NCBI GenBank assembly: GCA_041906765.1 | Contig: JAYRIP010000005.1 | Location: 1,581-65,580, forward strand | Length of the DNA: 64,000 nucleotides | Reading direction: 5' to 3' | From: Candidatus Saccharimonadales bacterium | Lineage (GTDB): Bacteria > Patescibacteriota > Saccharimonadia > Saccharimonadales > JAYRRP01 | Part shown: piece after piece, positions 55,582-63,336 of the stretch | Position numbering within the stretch: the first letter of the stretch is position 1 | How the letters are laid out: each line of letters begins with the position of its first letter | Position numbers and translations under genes: made by a program | The notes under the pieces: generated by a model | What the model was told of the DNA's origin: nothing | Database searches by the model: none | The model's input: only the letters and a program-made list of their open reading frames with translations

Positions 55582-56616
55582 TTACTCATCAGTTTGAGTA
55601 ACGTGCTTATGTGTTTTTTGGTCTTGGCGAGCCTCAAGCTTGGCAACTGCGCGCATATCTTCATAGCGATCAAACTCATCAAGAATTGGTTTACCGATAA
55701 TCTGTTCAAGTACATCCTCGATAGTTATGATACCGACATATTCTTCGAAATTATTCACCACAATAAACAAATGGTGCTTTGTCTTTAGGAATGCCTGCAA
55801 CGCATGTTGCAAGGGCTTTTCTTCGTTCACATAGTAAACTTTCGGGCTCATGATGTCCTTTACTTTACCGATTGATTTTGCGCCCACCAGATCGTGTAAG
55901 TATAATGTGCCAATAATATTTTCCGGTTTGCTGCGATAAACAGGAAATCGTGAGTGGCCACTGTCATGCAGCTCACCCATTAATACGGGCCCTACGCTAT
56001 CTGCTTCGTTGACTGTTTTAACTACCCGGCGCGGTATCATAACATCACGCACAAGCTTATCGCTGAACGTCAGGGCATGGCGGGCAATACGTACTTCTTC
56101 TTCACTTATCCGATTGTCAGCCTGGACTCTCTGTTGATCTATGAGTCCAATCAAATCTTCCTTTTGGTACATGCCAGTGTGGACAGCGATAGGGTGGTGC
56201 TTTTTGACAATAACAGCAACCCTGCGTAGCAAGGGATAAAGATGTCTCAGCAACCAGGTAATTCCAGGGGTAAAAATGTGCGCCAGCCATGAGCTGGGGC
56301 GGGTCAAGCGCGTACCTGGGATCCAGGCAAAACCAAACCACAACAAAGAGATGCAGCCTAAGATAGCCAGCGGTAAAGGTGCAGCGCGGCTGACAATAAC
56401 AAAAAAACCACTCGCGCAAATACCAATAATTACCCATAGCAAGATATCCAAGCTCAAATCATAGGCAACCGCACGATACAACATAGTTGCAAAAGCATCA
56501 CCCTGTTGGGCGCGGCGCTTTAACTCACGCTGAGGGATATGATAGTAAGTTTTTTGTAATGAAATAGCTGCCAAGGTAAAGATTGCAAGGACCAGGATTA
56601 CAAAAAGCGTAAGCAT
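55582..56616 (-). CDS. CNNM/DUF21 transmembrane domain plus CBS-pair protein (HlyC/CorC-family transporter, no CorC_HlyC domain)
   Basis: Four N-terminal TM helices, then two CBS motifs (VRDVMIPR... ; IITIEDVLEQIIG). Confidence 0.8.
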   Translation of the reverse strand: MLTLFVILVLAIFTLAAISLQKTYYHIPQRELKRRAQQGDAFATMLYRAVAYDLSLDILLWVIIGICASGFFVIVSRAAPLPLAILGCISLLWFGFAWIPGTRLTRPSSWLAHIFTPGITWLLRHLYPLLRRVAVIVKKHHPIAVHTGMYQKEDLIGLIDQQRVQADNRISEEEVRIARHALTFSDKLVRDVMIPRRVVKTVNEADSVGPVLMGELHDSGHSRFPVYRSKPENIIGTLYLHDLVGAKSIGKVKDIMSPKVYYVNEEKPLQHALQAFLKTKHHLFIVVNNFEEYVGIITIEDVLEQIIGKPILDEFDRYEDMRAVAKLEARQDQKTHKHVTQTDE

Positions 56617-56749
56617 ATATCCATCTTACCAGACAGTTAATTGCGAAAGCCCAAGCAGCTTAATTTAAAGAGTTAACGACCACCTTCTGTTAAAGGCTAA
56701 GGACTTAGTGCTATGGACTAAGGAGTTACGACTATGTACTATTATCCTT

Positions 56750-57406
56750 ATGAGTAAACGATTTCTATTGATCTTAGTGGTATGTGCTCTAGCTTTAGGT
56801 GGACTATTTTGGTTTACACGAGATAAGTCCAGTGCGCCAAATCAGAACAATCAGACGCAAGTAAAGCCATCAGAGCATGTATTCGGAGAAGGCAAAAAAA
56901 ACGTAACGTTAGTGGAATATGGTGACTTCCAGTGTCCGGCTTGTAGTGGTTATTTCCCAATAATCAAATATGTGAAAGATAAATATAAATCAGATATTAC
57001 CTTTCAGTTCCGCCACTTCCCACTAATTCAAATACACCGTAATGCAATGGCTGCTCACAGAGCCGCTGAAGCCGCTGCAAAGCAAGGAAAATTCTGGGAA
57101 ATGCATGACATGCTTTATCAGCAACAAAAAGATTGGGAGCAAAGCAGTAAGCCAGATATTATCTTTGAAACTTATGCAACACAGCTAGGCCTAAACTTAC
57201 AAAAATACAAGCAAGACACAGCCAGCAGTGAAGTGAACGCCATCATCAACGCTGATTCAAACGAAGGCAAACGCCTCGGAGTAGAAGCTACGCCTACGTT
57301 TTTTCTTAATGGCAAAAAGATAACTGATCCACCACGTGATGTAGAGGGCTTCTCCAAATTAATTGAAGATACAATAAAATCATCCCAGCCCCAAAACAAC
57401 CAATAG
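56750..57406 (+). CDS. DsbA-family thiol:disulfide oxidoreductase (membrane-anchored/secreted)
   Basis: Signal anchor plus thioredoxin-fold active site FQCPAC and PTFFLNG (cis-Pro region). ATG 56750 is preferred over the track GTG at 56708. Confidence 0.8.
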   Translation: MSKRFLLILVVCALALGGLFWFTRDKSSAPNQNNQTQVKPSEHVFGEGKKNVTLVEYGDFQCPACSGYFPIIKYVKDKYKSDITFQFRHFPLIQIHRNAMAAHRAAEAAAKQGKFWEMHDMLYQQQKDWEQSSKPDIIFETYATQLGLNLQKYKQDTASSEVNAIINADSNEGKRLGVEATPTFFLNGKKITDPPRDVEGFSKLIEDTIKSSQPQNNQ

Positions 57407-57416
57407 TATAAAGATC

Positions 57417-57509
57417 TTAATACTTAATGAATTGCTGCCAAACCGGGCGTTTCACGCGAACGGGAACAAGGCTTGGCTTGGAATTAAAAACCTTAACTTT
57501 GACGGGCAT
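57417..57509 (-). CDS. 30-aa basic peptide ORF with strong Shine-Dalgarno (not in ORF track), hypothetical
   Basis: GGAGGT lies 11 nt upstream of the ATG at 57509. Translation is MPVKVKVFNSKPSLVPVRVKRPVWQQFIKY. It sits in an otherwise empty 310-nt intergenic region. Confidence 0.3.
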   Translation of the reverse strand: MPVKVKVFNSKPSLVPVRVKRPVWQQFIKY

Positions 57510-57716
57510 ATTGCTCGTTACCTCCGGGCAAGCAAGCAAACAATCGCTGCTTGTGCCTTTTATGATTTGTTATATTTTTGTTTTGTCTTCGAGGGTGACT
57601 AGGGCCACCAAAAAGAAGTAGCATCAGTCTGACATAAGCATAAGTAGCTTGTCAACATAATTTTTGTGCTTTAAAGATATCTTTAGTAAAATGTGCCTTA
57701 GTAAAGTAAAACAAAA

Positions 57717-59408
57717 ATGCATTTAAGTATCTTTGCTGAGCTAAGTCTAATAATCGCCCTCGCCGCTTTTATTTCGCTGATTATGCGTCTTATTCGGCAG
57801 CCGTTAATTATCGGGCATATCCTAACGGGTATTATCGTTGGCCCGTCAGTTTTGCACTTGATAAAATCGCCCGAAACAATTGAGATTTTTGCAAGTATCG
57901 GCATTGCCCTACTGCTTTTTATTATCGGTTTGGGATTAAACCCACAGGTTATTAAAGAAGTCGGCAAAGTATCCACGATTACTGGAGTATTGCAAGTGGC
58001 CGGCGTTACGGTGCTCGGTGGGGCTGTCGGTATAGTGCTGGGCTTTGGTAAAACAGAGTCACTCTTTTTCGGTCTTGCGCTTGCCTTCAGTAGCACGATT
58101 ATCATCCTGAAACTTCTCAGCGATAAAAAGGAACAGTCTCGGCTTTATGGCAAGGTGGTAATTGGTTTGTTATTAGTCCAAGATATTATCGCGGTCTTTG
58201 CTTTACTGCTTGTTACCTCCAAAGCAAACGGTGGCATCCAACCCGCACAGCTCGGGGCATTACTGGCAAAAGGAACACTTATTTCTGTGCCCATTTTGTT
58301 TTTTGGCGGGGTTCTGCTTCCCAAACTCCATAAACTCATAGCCGGCAGTCCGGAATTTTTATTTCTCTTCGCACTTGGCTGGGGTTTCGGCGCAGCGGCT
58401 TTGTTTGAACAAGCCGGCTTTTCTCTAGAGATCGGTGCTTTACTTGCCGGCGTATCACTTGCTTCTTTGCCCTACGCCCAAGAAATCAGTGCGCGGTTAC
58501 GGCCGTTAAGAGACTTTTTTATTATCGTATTCTTTATTACCTTAGGCGCTCGCCTTACATTTGGCCATATCTCACTGCTCATACCAACTATCCTGATGGG
58601 ATGTTTTATAGTTATTGTTCTTAAGCCCATAGTAGTGCTGTCAATCATGGGACTGTTGGGCTATACCAAGCGAACAAGTTTTAAGGCAGCATTGTCTACT
58701 GCTCAAATTAGTGAATTTTCCTTAGTATTGCTATTGCTGGGTAATAGCCAGCATCTTGTCTCAAACGATTTAGTGGTTATTATTACTGTTATTGCGCTCG
58801 TATCGATTGCTTGTTCAGCATATCTGATTATTTATTCGGATGGTTTGTTCAAATTTGCCGACAAATACTTTACCTTATTTGAACGTCGTAAAACCCATTT
58901 CGAACAAGATGGGCGACACCATTATGACATGGTACTTTTTGGTTACCGCAAAGGTGGCCATGAGTTTATGAAAGCTTTTCAGGCAATTGGCAGACGGTTT
59001 GTCGTGGTTGATTATGACCCCGAGGTTATCGATATGTTGGAGCAACAAAAAGTTAATTATCTATATGGCGACGTAGGTGATATTGAGTTACTCGAAGAAA
59101 TCGGATTAGAAAAAGTAAGGCTGGTTGTTTCCACTATTACCGACTTCCCCACTACCCATGTGTTAGTGTCGCAACTACTTAATCGAAATCCACATATGGT
59201 CATTGTTTGTCACGCCGATTCGCTACAACAAGCCGAACAGCTTTATGATGCCGGCGTCAGCTATGTCATGATGCCACATTATCTTGGTAGTGAAAAAATC
59301 AGTGCCTTCATTAAACGCAGTGGCATTAAAAAGAGCGAGTTTAAGAAATTCCGTGAAAAACACCTAGCCTATCTCCATAGTCATTATGAAGCGGATAACG
59401 AAGAGTAA
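57717..59408 (+). CDS. cation:proton antiporter (CPA2/Kef-type) with C-terminal RCK/TrkA-N domain
   Basis: About 12 TM helices with an N-terminal Kef-like motif (QPLIIGHILTGIIVGP). The C-terminal Rossmann-like region reads VLFGYRKGGHEF. Confidence 0.85.
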   Translation: MHLSIFAELSLIIALAAFISLIMRLIRQPLIIGHILTGIIVGPSVLHLIKSPETIEIFASIGIALLLFIIGLGLNPQVIKEVGKVSTITGVLQVAGVTVLGGAVGIVLGFGKTESLFFGLALAFSSTIIILKLLSDKKEQSRLYGKVVIGLLLVQDIIAVFALLLVTSKANGGIQPAQLGALLAKGTLISVPILFFGGVLLPKLHKLIAGSPEFLFLFALGWGFGAAALFEQAGFSLEIGALLAGVSLASLPYAQEISARLRPLRDFFIIVFFITLGARLTFGHISLLIPTILMGCFIVIVLKPIVVLSIMGLLGYTKRTSFKAALSTAQISEFSLVLLLLGNSQHLVSNDLVVIITVIALVSIACSAYLIIYSDGLFKFADKYFTLFERRKTHFEQDGRHHYDMVLFGYRKGGHEFMKAFQAIGRRFVVVDYDPEVIDMLEQQKVNYLYGDVGDIELLEEIGLEKVRLVVSTITDFPTTHVLVSQLLNRNPHMVIVCHADSLQQAEQLYDAGVSYVMMPHYLGSEKISAFIKRSGIKKSEFKKFREKHLAYLHSHYEADNEE

Positions 59409-59980
59409 AGCCAGTGATCACCTATATATTTTTCGACACTATTGAGTAAACCAGAGGGTTGCTTTCCCTTCTCAACTGATGAACGGATGGACGAAGAAGC
59501 TAGGCTCGGATGTCCACTTTCTACTATATGCAATTCCTTTGGCGAGCCGGGCAAGGACTTAGCGGAAGCAAGTACATGAGGGAGTTCGTGATGGCTGCGG
59601 ATTGCCACTACCAAACCAGTTTGTGCCAACAAACTTTCGATAAAAGCCCACTTATGCAAGTTGGCAAATACATCCGACCCCATCAGCATTACTATACGTG
59701 AGTGTGAAAACTTCCGCCGAAGACGTGGTAATGTCACGCCTACTGAAAATTGTTTGTCTGGCAACTCAATGGTAGCAAGGTTCCGATGCGGCTTGACTGC
59801 CAATCTTAGCATCGCTATCCGGTGTGCAAAATGGGTAACGTGCGCTTTGCCTCGGGGCATAATATCAGGCAAAAAATATACCTTATCCAGCTCAGCCAGT
59901 TCTTTCGCTTTCAGCGCAAAATCAATGTGCCCGATATGCACAGGATCAAATGTTCCAGAATAAACACCGATTTTATTCAT
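59384..59980 (-). CDS. nadD: nicotinate-nucleotide adenylyltransferase NadD
   Basis: GVYSGTFDPVHIGH (HxGH nucleotidyltransferase motif) and a C-terminal SSS.IR-like SSSIRS. ATG 59980 is preferred. The 3' end overlaps the convergent kef gene by 25 nt. Confidence 0.85.
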   Translation of the reverse strand: MNKIGVYSGTFDPVHIGHIDFALKAKELAELDKVYFLPDIMPRGKAHVTHFAHRIAMLRLAVKPHRNLATIELPDKQFSVGVTLPRLRRKFSHSRIVMLMGSDVFANLHKWAFIESLLAQTGLVVAIRSHHELPHVLASAKSLPGSPKELHIVESGHPSLASSSIRSSVEKGKQPSGLLNSVEKYIGDHWLYSSLSAS

Positions 59981-60137
59981 TCGCTGGCAAACCCTCGCAA
60001 CATTTGGTTGGCATATGACACGCCAGGCAAACATAATGCCCATGTAATGGCGTTATAGGATAATGACCACACGAGTCACACAATAATTCCAAACACATAT
60101 TTATTACTTTGTCGTTTGTGCTTCCCATATATTTATT

Positions 60138-61259
60138 TTACTTCAGTTTTATGTCACATGCCCGGCAGATCCCACATGGTCCACACATCTTTTTTGATTC
60201 ATCTTTTTTTGGAGGAGCTTGGCATACTACGCAATGCATATATTTGTTAAAACTATAGCCGCCTTCTTTGTCATCTATTTTATTTCCATAACCCTGCATT
60301 TCAAGCTGGTCGGCTAATGAATCAGCTCCTCCACCGCCAAGGCTCATACCGCACCCGCTAAACGTCACGCCACCTAACTTGGCTGCGCGACCGGCGGCAG
60401 ACATCTCCTTCAGCGCCCTCTCCACATCAGTTAGTTCAGGCAAAGGCAAGCCATGGTTTGAGAATATATCACCTTGATAGCGAGCCTGCAATGCTGCAGC
60501 TAATTCATATAAGTGTGACTGTAGCCCTCCCGTGCAGGCAGCAAGCAAATCTCTCTGCGCAAGGACAAACTGGTAAGTATTGTCATCTCTGATAGTTCCT
60601 GACTGCCGTCCCGCGAACCACTCACCTTCATAACGAGCCGCGAGCGATTGATCGTACACTTCAGTTAAATGGTCGGTCAGTACGCTTTGCGTCTCTTCGT
60701 CAAGATTGAGGTGCATTCGCTGCCCTAATAACTCGGTTTCCTGGGGGCAAACGTTAAGTTCATGATACAGCTCTTCTAAGGCCACACGATCACTGCCATC
60801 AAGACTTTGTGTGGTAACCTCCAGCTGTCCCTCCGTGTCTCTCGTGATAATCCTTAACATTGTTTGCTTACGGCGAGCGTTATATCCACCTACGTCTATC
60901 GGGCTGTCCATGAGCTCGGCGGGAAAGTCTGATACCACCACCATCGTATTTGGCAACTCTCCGCGTGCCATTGCAAGCATCTCTTCATATTCATTCATTT
61001 CGTGGTACCGTCGGCGCAATTCAAAAGCAGTGTTTGGACTAGTCTGGGCAAGCTGCTCGGCTTCCATCAAGGCATTCAAAAATATAGGTTTCAGCGCCCC
61101 GCCGTCCTGTGCATACAAATCTTCTCCTGAAAAAGTGTAGGTAAATTTGGTACGCATCGCACCGTCCAATGCCTCAGCCAGCCAGGTGGTAGTATCATCA
61201 AATAGACGTTGTTCAGCGTCGAGAGTTGTTTGCATTTCTACTGGCTGGCATGTCTCCAA
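60138..61259 (-). CDS. hypothetical protein with C-terminal Cys-rich zinc-ribbon (CxxC-x13-CxxCxxCxxC)
   Basis: 373-aa ORF (TTG start in the track; first in-frame ATG at 61235). The C-terminus reads HCVVCQAPPKKDESKKMCGPCGICRACDIKLK. No family was recognised. Confidence 0.5.
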   Translation of the reverse strand: METCQPVEMQTTLDAEQRLFDDTTTWLAEALDGAMRTKFTYTFSGEDLYAQDGGALKPIFLNALMEAEQLAQTSPNTAFELRRRYHEMNEYEEMLAMARGELPNTMVVVSDFPAELMDSPIDVGGYNARRKQTMLRIITRDTEGQLEVTTQSLDGSDRVALEELYHELNVCPQETELLGQRMHLNLDEETQSVLTDHLTEVYDQSLAARYEGEWFAGRQSGTIRDDNTYQFVLAQRDLLAACTGGLQSHLYELAAALQARYQGDIFSNHGLPLPELTDVERALKEMSAAGRAAKLGGVTFSGCGMSLGGGGADSLADQLEMQGYGNKIDDKEGGYSFNKYMHCVVCQAPPKKDESKKMCGPCGICRACDIKLK

Positions 61260-61295
61260 AACAAAAACCCTGCTTTCTAAAGTCCAAGCAAGGTT
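61258..61295 (-). terminator. strong intrinsic terminator abutting the start of the downstream gene
   Basis: On the minus strand: AACCTTGCTT-GGACTTTAGA-AAGCAGGGTT (10-bp stem) followed by TTTGTTTTG. The U-tract overlaps the TTG start candidate at 61259. Confidence 0.75.
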
Positions 61296-61480
61296 CTAAA
61301 ACGACACGAAATCAGAAGGATCCTGCTCGGGATTTCACTAATTACTGCTGTATCTGGCTTATCCGGTTCTTAATAGAAACGGAATTACAGTTGCGGCACA
61401 GCGCCGGAATTTTCTATCGTGGGGCAAATAAACTCCCTAGATAAGAAGCACCGGCTTCCAGCATAAATTGTTAAAAGTGT
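61296..61480 (-). ncRNA. candidate cis-regulatory leader or small RNA (class unknown)
   Basis: A non-coding stretch between the uppP stop and the terminator, with nested helices. CTTATC (61445-61440) pairs with GATAAG (61363-61358). These enclose ATAGAAA (61417-61411) paired with TTTCTAT (61379-61373) and an inner CGGC-GCTGT-GCCG hairpin. There is also a 5' hairpin GGAAGC-CGGT-GCTTCT. Confidence 0.3.
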
Positions 61481-61496
61481 CCCTATCATAGCACGC

Positions 61497-62291
61497 CTAG
61501 CGGGCTATCGTGAGCAAAACAATAATGGCAAGAACAATCCGGTAGTAGGCAAAAAAAGCTAAGCTATGCCGGGAAAGGTATCGAAGCAAGAATCGAATAG
61601 CAAAAATGCCAGACAAAAATGCAGTAGCCACTCCCACAATGAATACAGCCCGTTCACTTTGCACTTGGTGCCATGTACCATGACTCACCATTACTTTCGC
61701 AGCCGCACCAAGGGTAATCGGGATAGCCAGTAAAAAAGAGAACCGCGTGGCAGCCACTCGTTCCATGCCACTGAATAAACCTGCGGTAATTGTAACTCCT
61801 GAACGTGACACTCCTGGTATCAGTGCAACTGCCTGAGCAGTTCCCATAGTGACAGCTTGCCCAAATCCCACTCGCTCAATTGAAGTTCGTGTCCGGCGGC
61901 GGGCACTATACTTTTCAGCAGCAAACATTACGAATGCCATCAAGAGTAGGGCAACACTAACGAGCTTCACTGAGCGAAAGGTTGTCTCAGCTGCAGACTC
62001 CAGCAGCATACCAGCAACTACTGCGGGTAATGTCGCAACCACTAATAATATCGCTAAGCGGGTTTGTTGGGATTTTCTAAATAATGCGAGTGCTAGGTTT
62101 ATGAGATCTTTGTGAAAATAAACGAGGAGGGCAGCAAGTGTCCCTACATGCAATGCCACATCAAAGCCGAGTCCTGTTGTTGAAATGCCCAGCACCCGAT
62201 GCATAATCACAAGGTGCCCCGAGCTGGAAACTGGAATAAATTCAGTGAGTCCCTGCACCAAGCCTAAAATAAGAGCCTGTAGTATGGTCAT
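61497..62291 (-). CDS. uppP: undecaprenyl-diphosphate phosphatase (UppP/BacA)
   Basis: N-terminal LGLVQGLTEFIPVSSSGHL and PGVSRSG motifs, with 8 TM helices. Confidence 0.9.
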   Translation of the reverse strand: MTILQALILGLVQGLTEFIPVSSSGHLVIMHRVLGISTTGLGFDVALHVGTLAALLVYFHKDLINLALALFRKSQQTRLAILLVVATLPAVVAGMLLESAAETTFRSVKLVSVALLLMAFVMFAAEKYSARRRTRTSIERVGFGQAVTMGTAQAVALIPGVSRSGVTITAGLFSGMERVAATRFSFLLAIPITLGAAAKVMVSHGTWHQVQSERAVFIVGVATAFLSGIFAIRFLLRYLSRHSLAFFAYYRIVLAIIVLLTIAR

Positions 62292-62767
62292 TGTTTCCTC
62301 CTTGATTTACTTGTTGGTTGCACAAGATGTTTTTTTAGTGCGGAAAGACGTGGAATAAATGATTGGGCAGCACCTTCCAGTCCAAGTACTTTCAGTGCAC
62401 CAATTAACACATAGAGTCCATCAACCGTTGTTCCATCTAGAGTCGATTGCTGCTCAGCTTGATCAAAGTAAAAATTCACTTGTTCAACCAGCCATTTTTC
62501 TTCAGTGGCATCGATTTGATTCGTGGCAATTTTCACTTCACGGTTTGCATCTACTACCTCAAGTGACCGAGCTGAATTATCTCTTTTTATCAGATGGCCA
62601 CGTTTCACTAAGCTGTTGACATGAAGAGCGACAGTGGCAACAGAATTGTATTGCAACCCAGTCATAATTTCGCGGTAGCTTGGACTGTACCCATGTTGTT
62701 GAATGAAATTCTCAATGAATGTCAAAAGCTCACGTTGCTTTTTAGTTGGCCGAATTGTTTCTGTCAT
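62288..62767 (-). CDS. LexA-type winged-helix DNA-binding protein without S24 peptidase domain
   Basis: The N-terminal 70 aa match the LexA_DNA_bind pattern (KKQRELLTFIENFIQQHGYSPSYREIMTGL...SVATVALHVNSLVKRGHL). The C-terminal 85 aa have no Ala-Gly cleavage site or Ser/Lys dyad motifs. It overlaps the uppP start by 4 nt. Confidence 0.6.
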   Translation of the reverse strand: MTETIRPTKKQRELLTFIENFIQQHGYSPSYREIMTGLQYNSVATVALHVNSLVKRGHLIKRDNSARSLEVVDANREVKIATNQIDATEEKWLVEQVNFYFDQAEQQSTLDGTTVDGLYVLIGALKVLGLEGAAQSFIPRLSALKKHLVQPTSKSRRKQ

Positions 62768-62770
62768 ATG

Positions 62771-63268
62771 TTATCCCATCCTATTATACGCACTGTGTCC
62801 GTGGGCCCGATGAGCCACGATTCGAGCCGGTGTTACCTTGGCAGCACGACGCGTCGACCGCGTGAACTTCTCTGGAAAAACCCAAAATCGATACCATATA
62901 TAGTTCCATATGGTAAAGAAACCTGAGGAAATAAACTGTCCAATATATGGTGTAATCCCTAGCCCCTTTAGGAACTTCACTATAGTAAAGTCAAGAACAA
63001 AATCAATAAGAGTAATTGTAACGTATCGGCTGGTGACTTCGGTCTGGTGGCGAGCAAGTGCAGGATTGCGGAAGACCCAATAACGTTGTAATAGATAATT
63101 TACTATCCATCCAAAAGTGTTGGCAACCAACTTTGCCCACCATAAATTGAAGTGAAAGATTTGGTCGCAAACAAAGAACATCGCGTAACCAGACCAAAAA
63201 TATGCACCACCACTCAAAAGATATTCAGCGATCCGTTTGACTTCTCGTTGTTGTTTTGATCGTCGCAT
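62771..63268 (-). CDS. GtrA family membrane protein
   Basis: 165 aa with 4 TM helices and a GtrA-like pattern (NYLLQRYWVF ... FFTIWNYIWYRFWVF). Confidence 0.7.
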   Translation of the reverse strand: MRRSKQQREVKRIAEYLLSGGAYFWSGYAMFFVCDQIFHFNLWWAKLVANTFGWIVNYLLQRYWVFRNPALARHQTEVTSRYVTITLIDFVLDFTIVKFLKGLGITPYIGQFISSGFFTIWNYIWYRFWVFPEKFTRSTRRAAKVTPARIVAHRAHGHSAYNRMG

Positions 63269-63336
63269 AGTGAATGCATACGGGCGGATAAAAGCGTGGA
63301 AGCCACCGCCAAGTGCTACAATCTAGTATAGCGAAG

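Noticed and set aside
61358-61445. A SAM-I riboswitch, suggested by the closing helix CUUAUC...GAUAAG and the internal GCAAC and AAUUCC strings.
   Set aside because: The conserved SAM-I core (AGAGGGA/GGCCC kink-turn region, GGUGCUAAAUCC junction) cannot be aligned. I also checked TPP (no CUGAGA), the ykkC/guanidine classes, glycine, purine, fluoride and c-di-GMP-I from memory without a match. It is reported only as an unknown-class candidate.
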